31,812 bases of DNA from Candidatus Heimdallarchaeota archaeon. Its GTDB lineage: Archaea; Asgardarchaeota; Heimdallarchaeia; Heimdallarchaeales; Heimdallarchaeaceae. Below are positions 9,212 through 18,052 of the stretch, one piece after another (position 1 is the first letter of the stretch; each line of letters begins with the position of its first letter). The stretch covers positions 1 to 31,812 of the forward strand of contig JAAFKJ010000042.1 of the NCBI GenBank assembly GCA_021399395.1, in the 5' to 3' direction. The position numbers and the translations under genes were made by a program. Below the pieces are notes generated by a model. The model saw only the letters and a list, made by a program, of their open reading frames with translations, had not been told where the DNA came from and did no database searches.

Positions 9212-10600
9212 AAACATGGTTGAGCTTGTTTCATAGATACTGTGGGTGTCATTCCTTGTGGGTCTACACACACTCTACGTGGGTACATCACATACCCTCC
9301 TACCCCGTTCACTTTACGCGAAGGTAAAGCTTTCGGATCGCTTTTGACTAAAATGTTGTACGCAGCGTTAACATCAGCGTTGATCCTATGTCCTAGTGCA
9401 GAGGTGAACAACCCTCTAGAAGAGCGCTTACCTGCATACTTAGCTCTTTTTTGGGAAGACTCATTATCTAGAAAACTGCTCTTGGAAGTATAATCTTCAG
9501 GAATAAGAACGATATGTATCCCTTGTTCTTCACACTTGTATTTCAGCTGATTGATAATTCTCAAAAATGGGATGGTGACGAACATCTGAGTGACTTTCTT
9601 ACCCAGATTCACTTGTTGCTTCCATTGGGGGTTATAACCTATGACCACCTCATGTAAGCCACGATTTACCAACAAATCTACTAGATATTTGGTGAGCTGG
9701 TGGAGAGCGTTCTTGAGTTTCCGTCTATACTTCTCTTTCAGTTTATAGTAGGCTAGCCCATAGACTAGCTTGTGCTGTTGTTTCAGTTGTTTCTTCTGCT
9801 GTTGGACATACTGTAATCTTAGTTTTGTTTGGAGTTTCATATAATATTGGATTATGGATTTTATCCCTTTTCCGTGATCCTTGATAACAATCGGTTGATT
9901 GCCGAGGTTATCTACGAAGGTCACGAGGTTGATGGTTCCTAAATCGATGGCACCTTTTCTTGTGTTCTTTTTTCTTAGCTTGGGGAGAAATTTCTCATAG
10001 ACTAGCTCAAGAGTGTATCCCACCTTTCTAGGGATAACCCTCACTTCTTTCAGTCGAGTGCTAGCTGTCAGACGTGTTTTATAGTAAAACCCCACTTTCT
10101 GTGGTAAGACTAGCCACCCATTCTTGATCTTAGCTTGTTGGTTGGTAAGAATCGCTACACTCTCCCCATCTTTAGGTTTATACTTAGGAGGTTTGGGTAG
10201 AGCGTAGAATTTCTCGGGATGGCGCTTCCACTCCTTCTGTGCTTGAAAATACGCTTTCCAATTCCTAGTTAGAAGTTTGAGGGTGTGTTGAGCTGTATGT
10301 GCTGGTAACACTCTATAACACTCTTCTTGGTTAAGAAGAGTATTAAGATCGTAATAGTTAAGGAAACTATTTTTTTTGTTAAGTGATTGTTTTACCAGAA
10401 AATTTGCTCGACTGTAGAGGTTTTTAACTTGATGACAAAGTTTGCTTAGAGTAGGCTGAAAAGGGAGTTCAATGCATTCTACTCTCAGTACTTTACTCAT
10501 CACTTTTCTCTTTGTTTTTTCCTATAAAAGCTCCCGTAATATCTTACTTTCAGTCTTGTTTTAAGTTGATGAGTAATACGTTTAATATGACTACATGACA
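9191..10600 (-). mobile_element. Non-autonomous TnpB-only element bounded by imperfect terminal inverted repeats
   Basis: TGTCATGT at 9191 and ACATGACA ending at 10600. Interior is visibly more G/C-rich than the flanks and carries no tnpA. Inserted between the MFS stop and a poly-T tract. Confidence 0.7.
9193..10503 (-). CDS. tnpB: RNA-guided endonuclease TnpB (IS200/IS605/IS607 superfamily), rearranged RuvC-II type
   Basis: KNLYSRANF, RNWKAYF...PKPPKYK, RuvC-I AIDLG, VVIGYN (Gly at the canonical Glu position), PEDYTSK (alternative Glu), RuvC-III NADVNAAYNI. Zn-finger cysteines absent. Confidence 0.93.
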   Translation of the reverse strand: MMSKVLRVECIELPFQPTLSKLCHQVKNLYSRANFLVKQSLNKKNSFLNYYDLNTLLNQEECYRVLPAHTAQHTLKLLTRNWKAYFQAQKEWKRHPEKFYALPKPPKYKPKDGESVAILTNQQAKIKNGWLVLPQKVGFYYKTRLTASTRLKEVRVIPRKVGYTLELVYEKFLPKLRKKNTRKGAIDLGTINLVTFVDNLGNQPIVIKDHGKGIKSIIQYYMKLQTKLRLQYVQQQKKQLKQQHKLVYGLAYYKLKEKYRRKLKNALHQLTKYLVDLLVNRGLHEVVIGYNPQWKQQVNLGKKVTQMFVTIPFLRIINQLKYKCEEQGIHIVLIPEDYTSKSSFLDNESSQKRAKYAGKRSSRGLFTSALGHRINADVNAAYNILVKSDPKALPSRKVNGVGGYVMYPRRVCVDPQGMTPTVSMKQAQPCLVSMPT

Positions 10601-10602
10601 AA
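10580..10602. repeat. Right imperfect terminal inverted repeat (reverse complement TTTGTCATGTAGTCATATTAAAC)
   Basis: Inverted match to 9189-9211. Confidence 0.75.
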
Positions 10603-10621
10603 AGTTATTCATAATCTTACC

Positions 10622-10651
10622 TTATTTCTTCACCTTTTCTTTTTTTTTCTT
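10622..10651 (+). terminator. Oligo-T archaeal terminator, probably the MFS gene terminator displaced by the insertion
   Basis: TTATTTCTTCACCTTTTCTTTTTTTTTCTT. It would begin about 30 bp after the MFS stop if 9191-10600 is removed. Confidence 0.5.
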
Positions 10652-10701
10652 CAAAGAAAAATCTTAATTACTTTAGCTATTTAGTGAGGTTGTGATTAAA
10701 A

Positions 10702-11838
10702 TTGAAAATCATTGTTTTAGGTGCAGGTTTAGTGGGAAATGTAATTGCCTTGGATTTAGCAAAAAACCCGAACAATAGAGTAACTGTCGCTGATATAAAT
10801 CAGGATATTCTTGATGATCTAAGTAACAAGGCAGACATTCAAACAATTTACGCAAATTTGTCAAATAAAGAAATGATACAAGATATTATTGAGGAATATG
10901 ATTTAGTAATTGGAGCACTCCCTGGATTTATGGGGTATGAAACTCTGAGGACAGTTATTGAAGCTGAGAAGAATGTTGTAGATATTTCTTTCTTCGAAGA
11001 GGATCCTTACAGTTTAGATGAGCTTGCAAAGGAGAAAGGAGTAACCGCTATAGTTGACTGTGGAGTTGCACCTGGATTGAGTAACCTCATACTAGGCAAT
11101 GTAAATAGTATATTAGATTCTACTACTAATTTTCTCTGTTATGTTGGAGGATTACCTCAAGCTAGAGAATGGCCGTTTGAATACAAAGCACCTTTTTCCC
11201 CTATTGATGTTATAGAAGAATACACTCGATTAGCAAGATATGTTGAGGAGGGTGAAGTTGTAATAAAACCTGCCCTATCTGAAGCAGAACTATTAGAATT
11301 CCCTGATATTGGTACTCTTGAAGCATTCAACACAGATGGTCTTAGAACTTTACTTAGAACAATGAATATTCCAAATATGAAAGAAAAAACAATGAGATAT
11401 CCTGGTCACATTGAAAAAATGAGAGTATTAAGAGAAACAGGATTCTTTGATAAGGAGCCAATTGAAATCAATGGTAAAGATATAATCCCATTAGAATTAA
11501 CTTCAAGACTTCTGTTCAAAAGCTGGAAAATGGAGGAAGGAGACAAAGACCTAACTGTTATGAGAATCATTGTTGAAGGGTCAAAGGAAGATCAAAACAT
11601 CCGTTATACATACAATATGCTAGATTATTATGATGAGGAAAATAAAGTAATTTCAATGGCAAGAACTACAGGTTATACTTGCACAGCTGTTGCTAGCTTG
11701 ATAGCTGATGGGATATTCAAAGACAAAGGAATAATTCCCCCTGAAATAATCGGAAAGAACTTTGAAGCTTTTGAAGCAATTCTCGAATATCTTGAAGAAA
11801 GAAATGTGGTTATCAATAGAACAATTGAAGAAATTTAG
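10702..11838 (+). CDS. Saccharopine dehydrogenase / L-lysine 6-dehydrogenase family protein
   Basis: IIVLGAGLVG, ALPGFMG, VDISF, DCGVAPGLSN, YVGGLP, EAFNTDGLRTL, EKTMRYPGH, MARTTG. Confidence 0.9.
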   Translation: MKIIVLGAGLVGNVIALDLAKNPNNRVTVADINQDILDDLSNKADIQTIYANLSNKEMIQDIIEEYDLVIGALPGFMGYETLRTVIEAEKNVVDISFFEEDPYSLDELAKEKGVTAIVDCGVAPGLSNLILGNVNSILDSTTNFLCYVGGLPQAREWPFEYKAPFSPIDVIEEYTRLARYVEEGEVVIKPALSEAELLEFPDIGTLEAFNTDGLRTLLRTMNIPNMKEKTMRYPGHIEKMRVLRETGFFDKEPIEINGKDIIPLELTSRLLFKSWKMEEGDKDLTVMRIIVEGSKEDQNIRYTYNMLDYYDEENKVISMARTTGYTCTAVASLIADGIFKDKGIIPPEIIGKNFEAFEAILEYLEERNVVINRTIEEI

Positions 11839-11954
11839 CATTTTTTCCTTAGAATTTGTGGAAACTCTTTCAAATATGTGAAATAATGAATTTATGTTTC
11901 TATCAAAAAAAGAATGAAAAAAAGATAGAATTAATCCTTCGATTAAAGAACAAA

Positions 11955-13334
11955 TTAGTGTTTAGTTTTAATCAAAGCGATTAAAAATCTTTGTTTTGCA
12001 AGTATCAAAGGATTACTGTCAGATATTATTAAAGTACTAGCTTCTTTAGGAGTCCTAAATACTGGCTCGAAATAGGTATAGTTTTCATCTAACGAGAAGA
12101 AACAATCAACTGAATAATGGTCAGAACTCGAGTTAGCTGAAGGTGTATCACCAGCAGTTGAATTGATCATTTTATCAGCCCAATGATGGTTTACAATGAT
12201 ATAATCTATTCTTCCCCAATATTGCGGTTCCCATCTGCCAAATGTTGGACCGAATGATGTCGGATTTAAGGTTCTATATACATCAGTGAAATTATGTACT
12301 TGGCTTGAATATGAGCCCCAAGTCGGATCATCAGGATCTAGAATCATAGTTAAAGGACCATCCCCAAGATCCCCCATAGGAGCTAAAGCAGGATCAGCAA
12401 CATCTACTGGTGAGAAAGCATTGAAATCTCCTCCCCAAATAATGGGGACATCACCTAGATCATCTAGATAGTTGAGAATAGTCTCTGTTTCGTTTCTTCT
12501 TAATGGAGGTTCATCTCCAGTGTTATTACAACATTTGCCATGATAAGCAATAAAGTGTGTATGAATCCCTTGAATATCAACTACTGCATCAAAGAAATCG
12601 TGATGGAAATAAAAAGTCTCTCCATTATCTAATCTATATTCTGTGATTTGGTTGAATTCAAGAATCGGATATCTGCTAAGTATTGCTTCTCCATCTGTAT
12701 GAGCTGAGATAGCTTGGTCAGTATAACCCTCATAAGGTGCTTCATCATAGTGATAAGCATTTAATCTTTCAATAGCGTCATTTAATTGATAGTTTTTAGC
12801 ATCATCAAGCGAACCTGTTTCAACAAGAATAGCAATATCGGCATTTTCTTCCCTCATTACATCTTTCCAAGCACCTTTTGGACGGGTTTCACCATTGAAA
12901 CCTATAACCTTTTCACCACTTTCCCATATATTATAGGCCATGACTTTGAATACATCATCCCGAGGGGAATCAATAAAGTTGTCAACAGCTAGTTTAACAG
13001 ATTCTTCTACGGAATTACCTCGCTTATCTTCTGCTTTGAAAACAATTTCAACAATCGAACCATCATCACAAGTCGCTGTATCCCAGTCATATGTATTAGA
13101 AGTAGACACTAGCTCATCATCAAGGAAAATACTGTACAAGACTGTTCCAGAGTTGTCTTCAGCTTCCATTCCGAGAGCTACAACACCTGAGCTAAGCAGA
13201 AATTCATCAGGATAATAACTGGTAATTACTGGATCCTCCTTATCAGCTAATTGTGTAACTAAAATAGGTACTGTAATGGCCACAATTAGTACAATTGCAA
13301 TAGGAACTAAAACTATCTTTTTCAATTTAATCAA
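11955..13334 (-). CDS. Membrane-anchored endonuclease/exonuclease/phosphatase (EEP) family protein with N-terminal Ig-like domain
   Basis: N-terminal TM, beta-sandwich segment (YDWDT...AEDKRGN), KVMAYNI, ADIAILVE, AILSRYPI, GGDFN, RIDYI, SDH. Confidence 0.87.
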   Translation of the reverse strand: MIKLKKIVLVPIAIVLIVAITVPILVTQLADKEDPVITSYYPDEFLLSSGVVALGMEAEDNSGTVLYSIFLDDELVSTSNTYDWDTATCDDGSIVEIVFKAEDKRGNSVEESVKLAVDNFIDSPRDDVFKVMAYNIWESGEKVIGFNGETRPKGAWKDVMREENADIAILVETGSLDDAKNYQLNDAIERLNAYHYDEAPYEGYTDQAISAHTDGEAILSRYPILEFNQITEYRLDNGETFYFHHDFFDAVVDIQGIHTHFIAYHGKCCNNTGDEPPLRRNETETILNYLDDLGDVPIIWGGDFNAFSPVDVADPALAPMGDLGDGPLTMILDPDDPTWGSYSSQVHNFTDVYRTLNPTSFGPTFGRWEPQYWGRIDYIIVNHHWADKMINSTAGDTPSANSSSDHYSVDCFFSLDENYTYFEPVFRTPKEASTLIISDSNPLILAKQRFLIALIKTKH

Positions 13335-13439
13335 GTAAACCTACATACGGCATATAAAAACATTATCGCGTAATAACGCACAATAGTATTCAATGTTTTT
13401 AGAAAAAGAATAAAAACCACTAGAAAACACTATAGAGTA

Positions 13440-14816
13440 ATGATAAAACCAATAACAGCAATTTTAATTGGAGCAGGAGATAGAGGTGCAGATGTTTTTG
13501 GAGAATATGCACTAAGCTATCCTAACGAAATCAGGTTTATCGCTGTAGCAGAACCAGATAATAAGAGAAGAGACATTTTTACTCAGAAACACTTTATTGA
13601 ACAAAAGAACTCTTTTTCTAGTTGGGAACCTCTATTGGAGAAAGAAAAATTCGCTGATGTAGCTTTTATAACAACTCAAGATCAGATGCATTTTGATCCA
13701 GCTGTTTTGGCAATGAAAAAAGGATATGATGTTTTTCTAGAGAAACCAATGGCTACTACTTTAGAAGAATGTAAAGAGCTAGTTAGAGTTGCAGCAGATA
13801 CTGGACGGATCCTACAAATTGGTCATGTTCTACGATATTCACCATTTTTCTCGACGATTAACAATCTGATTTCCTCGGGAAGGATTGGAGAGGTTGTTAA
13901 TATCTCTCTAAGAGAAAATGTTGCTACTTTCCACTATTCTCACTCATTTGCAAGAGGTAATTGGCATAATAGAGATAAATCAAGTCCTATGATCTTAGCG
14001 AAATCTTGTCATGACCTAGATATTTTGCATTGGTTTGCAGGTTCTCAAGCAGTTAAAATAAGTTCATTTGGTTCACAAGCTCACTTTGGAAAGGATAATA
14101 TTCCAGAAGGAGCACCAGAATACTGCATAGAAGGCTGCCCAATTTCAAAAACTTGTTTGTATAATGCAACTCGAATATATTTAGATATCATTCCGCTTCT
14201 ACAGATATCAGTAAAGGGTAGTAAGGGATTTGTCAAATTTATATCTAAAGCTGTACTTAGGTTTCCCTGGTTAAGGAATATTCCACCATTCACCAAAATC
14301 AGAGATTATACTGGATGGCCTGTAAGTACAATTTCACAAGATATGACTTTGGAGGGTAAAAAGAAAGCATTAACCTCAACAGATTATGGTAGATGTGTTT
14401 ATCGTGTTACAGACCATGATACTGTCGATCATCAAGTTGTTAATATAGAATTTGAAAATGAAGTTACAGCTACTTTTACTATGCAAGGTTTTTCTCATGA
14501 AGAAGGTCGAACTCTAAGAATCGATGGTACAAAAGGAACGATCATTGGTGAATTTCTCCTTTCAGGAGATAAGATAGTTTTACATGATTCTACTTCAGGG
14601 AAGAAGAAAAACATTCGAAAAACTGGAATGTCTGACGGACATGGAGGAGGAGATATTGGAATAATGAAAGCCTTCATCCGAAATGTCAATTCGAAGGACA
14701 GGTCTTTAATACTAACTGATGCTCAAACCTCCTTGGAATCCCATCTTATGGCTTTTGCAGCAGATATTTCAAGATTGGAGGAAAGGGTAGTAAAAATGGA
14801 AGATTTAAGAGAGTGA
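13440..14816 (+). CDS. Gfo/Idh/MocA family NAD(P)-dependent oxidoreductase
   Basis: IGAGDRG, LEKPMA, GHVLRY, HSFARGNW, LAKSCHDLD, GHGGGD. Confidence 0.92.
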   Translation: MIKPITAILIGAGDRGADVFGEYALSYPNEIRFIAVAEPDNKRRDIFTQKHFIEQKNSFSSWEPLLEKEKFADVAFITTQDQMHFDPAVLAMKKGYDVFLEKPMATTLEECKELVRVAADTGRILQIGHVLRYSPFFSTINNLISSGRIGEVVNISLRENVATFHYSHSFARGNWHNRDKSSPMILAKSCHDLDILHWFAGSQAVKISSFGSQAHFGKDNIPEGAPEYCIEGCPISKTCLYNATRIYLDIIPLLQISVKGSKGFVKFISKAVLRFPWLRNIPPFTKIRDYTGWPVSTISQDMTLEGKKKALTSTDYGRCVYRVTDHDTVDHQVVNIEFENEVTATFTMQGFSHEEGRTLRIDGTKGTIIGEFLLSGDKIVLHDSTSGKKKNIRKTGMSDGHGGGDIGIMKAFIRNVNSKDRSLILTDAQTSLESHLMAFAADISRLEERVVKMEDLRE

Positions 14817-14884
14817 ATCTATTCATAACAAACTTTGATATATCAAAAGAAAAGAAACATAAATAAGAACAGGAAGAATGCAGA

Positions 14885-15499
14885 ATGATTCAAAATATCA
14901 TAATTACTCACGAAAGCGGTTTACCTCTCTTCGGCAGGTCATTGATGTGCCATATAGGAATGCATTGTATAGATTTCGCTAAGGACAATACCTTTGCAGA
15001 TGAGACTCTTTTAAATTCAGCTCTACTCAATGCCATGCTAATTTATGATCAAGCAAATCCAAACAATTTTCATGAATTCGATATGAATCAAGCTAAGGTT
15101 CTGACATTTCCAAATGAAAAAATAACTGTTATTATGTACACAGACCCAGAAGATGACCTAGAAGAGTATAAGAATAGATTAAGATTATTTGCGGATTTAT
15201 TTACAAAACAATATGAATATTTATTGGATGATTTTGCAGGTGATGTTACTCCTTTTGAATCATTTCAAGATGTGATTGCTGAAGAAGGTTTGCTAGATGA
15301 AGGTGAAAGATTTAGGAAAAACTGTGTTGAGTGTACCTATGACAAACATTGTGCATTTAGAATTACAATTGCTGCGCCTAACAAAACTTTCCAAGAGATA
15401 TTTGATTCTATTTTTCCAAGCAATATTTTCAAGAAGATGTGGTTAATTTTTGCTGGTATGTTTCAACCGAAATACATACCTTTCTACGCAAAATCTTAG
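14885..15499 (+). CDS. Longin-like domain protein with Cys/His motifs
   Basis: IIITHESGLPLF...DETLLNSALLNAM...F.KQY...F.GDVTPFESF is the Asgard longin-like pattern. Also has CHIGMHC and CVECTYDKHC. Confidence 0.65.
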   Translation: MIQNIIITHESGLPLFGRSLMCHIGMHCIDFAKDNTFADETLLNSALLNAMLIYDQANPNNFHEFDMNQAKVLTFPNEKITVIMYTDPEDDLEEYKNRLRLFADLFTKQYEYLLDDFAGDVTPFESFQDVIAEEGLLDEGERFRKNCVECTYDKHCAFRITIAAPNKTFQEIFDSIFPSNIFKKMWLIFAGMFQPKYIPFYAKS

Positions 15500-15510
15500 T
15501 CTTTTCTTTT

Positions 15511-16491
15511 CTACTTTTTATTTTGTCTATAATATGGAGAACGTAGAATCAGAAATAACTGTGCTAATGGACTTACAATTCTGATAAGTTTTCTGCGCAG
15601 TTTTATTCTATTCTCAAACTCTTGTGCAAAATCCTCCAAAGTATATCGTTGAAACTTGAGTAATTCTTGTGTATCTTCTGTGTACAACCAATCTGTATGA
15701 AACCAGTCTTTCTCATGTTTAGGTTCATGGAAGCACTCTCTAGGAATTGGTCCAACACCAAATGATTTGAGTAATCTAGTAATATACTCTCCTGCTAGCA
15801 TTTGACAATTTTCTCCACCTGCTAGATTCATTATTTTGTGATTTTTGAATGCATCTATAGCATTAACGCACGCCAAACCAGCATCTCTGGAATGGATAAA
15901 TTCCAATCGTTGATCAAATGGTACCTCAAACATTAGAGAAGGAATTTTCATTGGCATTCGAAGAGAAGGAACAGCTGTTAAACGTAAAATCATCCAATCT
16001 AAGGAACTTGCTTGTAAGATTTTTTCCATCTCCCATTTCTGGAAAGCATAGAGATCATGCGATATAGGTTCTATTTCATCTGTAACCATTCGTGGTGGAG
16101 GAATATGCATTTTAGAGCCATAAATAGCTAGTGAGCTGGTAAAAATAATTCTAGGTTTCTTGTCTAGTTTTTCTACTGCTTCAACAAGGTTTTTCATGCC
16201 ACCTGCATTAACTGCATCTGCATAGTCTGGTTGTTCATCAGCTTCGGGAGGTATAATTGCACATAAATGGATAATATATTCAACACCTTGGACTATTTTT
16301 TGGACATCTTCCTTGTTGCGAATATCTCCCCAGATGGTCTCAAAATCTCCCTTTTGGGACATTATCTTTTGAACCTTTTTAGTTTGTTTTGTACGTTTAT
16401 CAAAACATCTAACATCATAACCACGTTCTAACAAAATAGATAGAGTACTCTCACCCACATTTCCAAATGGTCCAGTTAGTAAAACCTTCAT
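15511..16491 (-). CDS. Extended SDR, NAD-dependent epimerase/dehydratase (3-beta-HSD-like fold)
   Basis: LLTGPFGNVG, GDIR, IHLCA, FTSS, YAFQK (YxxxK), ILRL. Confidence 0.88.
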   Translation of the reverse strand: MKVLLTGPFGNVGESTLSILLERGYDVRCFDKRTKQTKKVQKIMSQKGDFETIWGDIRNKEDVQKIVQGVEYIIHLCAIIPPEADEQPDYADAVNAGGMKNLVEAVEKLDKKPRIIFTSSLAIYGSKMHIPPPRMVTDEIEPISHDLYAFQKWEMEKILQASSLDWMILRLTAVPSLRMPMKIPSLMFEVPFDQRLEFIHSRDAGLACVNAIDAFKNHKIMNLAGGENCQMLAGEYITRLLKSFGVGPIPRECFHEPKHEKDWFHTDWLYTEDTQELLKFQRYTLEDFAQEFENRIKLRRKLIRIVSPLAQLFLILRSPYYRQNKK

Positions 16492-16791
16492 GAACTAATC
16501 CTCTGGTTAGGTTTCAGAGACAAAAGTTCTTTTATTTAATATTTACTCTGAAATGATTTTGTTTTTTTGGAATTGGTATTCCAATAAAAGAAAAATAAAG
16601 TACAAGTTGAATTCTCTAATAATGATAGTGAGTAGTTACGTTTTATTTTTTCTGTCAATTCAGTTATATACACATATTCAACTAGAATCCTTTAAAAATT
16701 GTAAAATTCTTTAAGTTTCTTTTTTATGCGAAAGAGTTAAATTTGCTAAAGTATGTCATTTACTGATTAACTATCCTTTGTAGGTTAAATT

Positions 16792-17970
16792 ATGAAAAAT
16801 CTAGTAAAACAATCTAAAATTCCAATGAAAAGTGTTTTTTGCATTACATTTCTAATAGTTGGAATATGTACAATGTCTAGTTTGAGAGTAAGTGCAATCA
16901 GTGATTCTTACGATAAACCACAGTCCCCCTCGCTAACTCAATATAATCCATTTTCTGTTCTTAATGATGATGATCTGATAGGTTTTCCTGGAACTGGAAC
17001 AGAAGGAGATCCATATATCATTGAATATTTCAGCATTGAAACATCAGAAAGTAATGGCATTTATATTACTGGTACAACTAAATATTTCGTTATTCAAAAA
17101 TGTTTTATTGACGCTGCTGATTATGGTATATTTGTCGATGATGTTGTATCAGGGACAGCAACTGTACATAACAATACATGTAGAAAAAACAGTGAAGCAG
17201 GCATCTATATTCGATATTCAGAAAATTCTACTGTGTCAAATAATATATGCAATAGCAATGGTTTTTCTGGTATCAGCATTAAAGATTCTTATTATACGAC
17301 TGTGACAAACAATGAGTGTAATTATAACGATGAATATGGTATCGCCATTAAAGATTCTGGTTTGAATACTGTGACGAACAACAAGTGCAGTGATATTATA
17401 GATTATTTAGGTAGTGGTATTTGGGTTTACAAATCTTATAATGTGACTGTGACAAATAATGAGTGCAATAATAATTTTAACGGTATAATGATACACGGTT
17501 CTGAGTATTCAATTGTTACAAACAACACTTGCATGATTAACTATATTGGAATCTATATTCCTGCTCTTGCTGATTATTGTATCGTTTCTTACAATCTTCT
17601 TCAAGAAAATGATGGCCCCGGAGTACATATCCTTTCCAATTATAGCAGCATTCACCATAATACCTTTGCAGCTAATGATTATCCCCCTGAAACACAAGCG
17701 CTAGATAACGGCGGTAGCAATAACTGGTATGAAACTTCAACAAATAAAGGCAATTTTTGGTCTGATTGGTCAGGAACAGGAGCTTATTCTATCGATGGTG
17801 TAGCTAATGCTGTAGATCCTTATCCTCTTGCTGATCCTGTTGTGGATTACACACTTGGATCTGACCCTCCTGAAGAATCTCAATTCAATCCCATATATAC
17901 TATACTAATACCTGCACTTTCCTTGCTAGTTATTAGAATATTCTCAAGAAAAAGACGCAAAGTTGATTAA
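16792..17970 (+). CDS. Cell-surface parallel beta-helix (NosD/CASH-like) protein with C-terminal membrane anchor
   Basis: Signal peptide, GTGTEGDPYII, repeated TVTNNxCxxN...GI, GNFWSDW, DPYPL, C-terminal TM plus RKRRK. Confidence 0.88.
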   Translation: MKNLVKQSKIPMKSVFCITFLIVGICTMSSLRVSAISDSYDKPQSPSLTQYNPFSVLNDDDLIGFPGTGTEGDPYIIEYFSIETSESNGIYITGTTKYFVIQKCFIDAADYGIFVDDVVSGTATVHNNTCRKNSEAGIYIRYSENSTVSNNICNSNGFSGISIKDSYYTTVTNNECNYNDEYGIAIKDSGLNTVTNNKCSDIIDYLGSGIWVYKSYNVTVTNNECNNNFNGIMIHGSEYSIVTNNTCMINYIGIYIPALADYCIVSYNLLQENDGPGVHILSNYSSIHHNTFAANDYPPETQALDNGGSNNWYETSTNKGNFWSDWSGTGAYSIDGVANAVDPYPLADPVVDYTLGSDPPEESQFNPIYTILIPALSLLVIRIFSRKRRKVD

Positions 17971-18052
17971 ACAACTTTTTCCTTCTTTTTTTCAATTGTT
18001 ATACCTCCGTATTTCTACTAGTAGTAAGAGAAAAATTGTTAGAGATGCAAAA

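Noticed and set aside
9193-10503. Cas12f/Cas14 CRISPR effector or complete IS605/IS607
   Set aside because: No CRISPR array, cas genes, Y1 transposase or serine recombinase nearby.
16492-16791. AT-rich 300-bp intergenic region as possible ncRNA or origin
   Set aside because: Consistent with an ordinary divergent promoter region. No stable structure, ORB-like repeats or cdc6 gene seen.
17220-17540. Repeated TGTGACAAAYAATGAGTG-like units (possible CRISPR or DGR repeats)
   Set aside because: Degenerate, in-frame repeats encoding beta-helix coils (TVTNNEC). No cas or reverse transcriptase gene is present.
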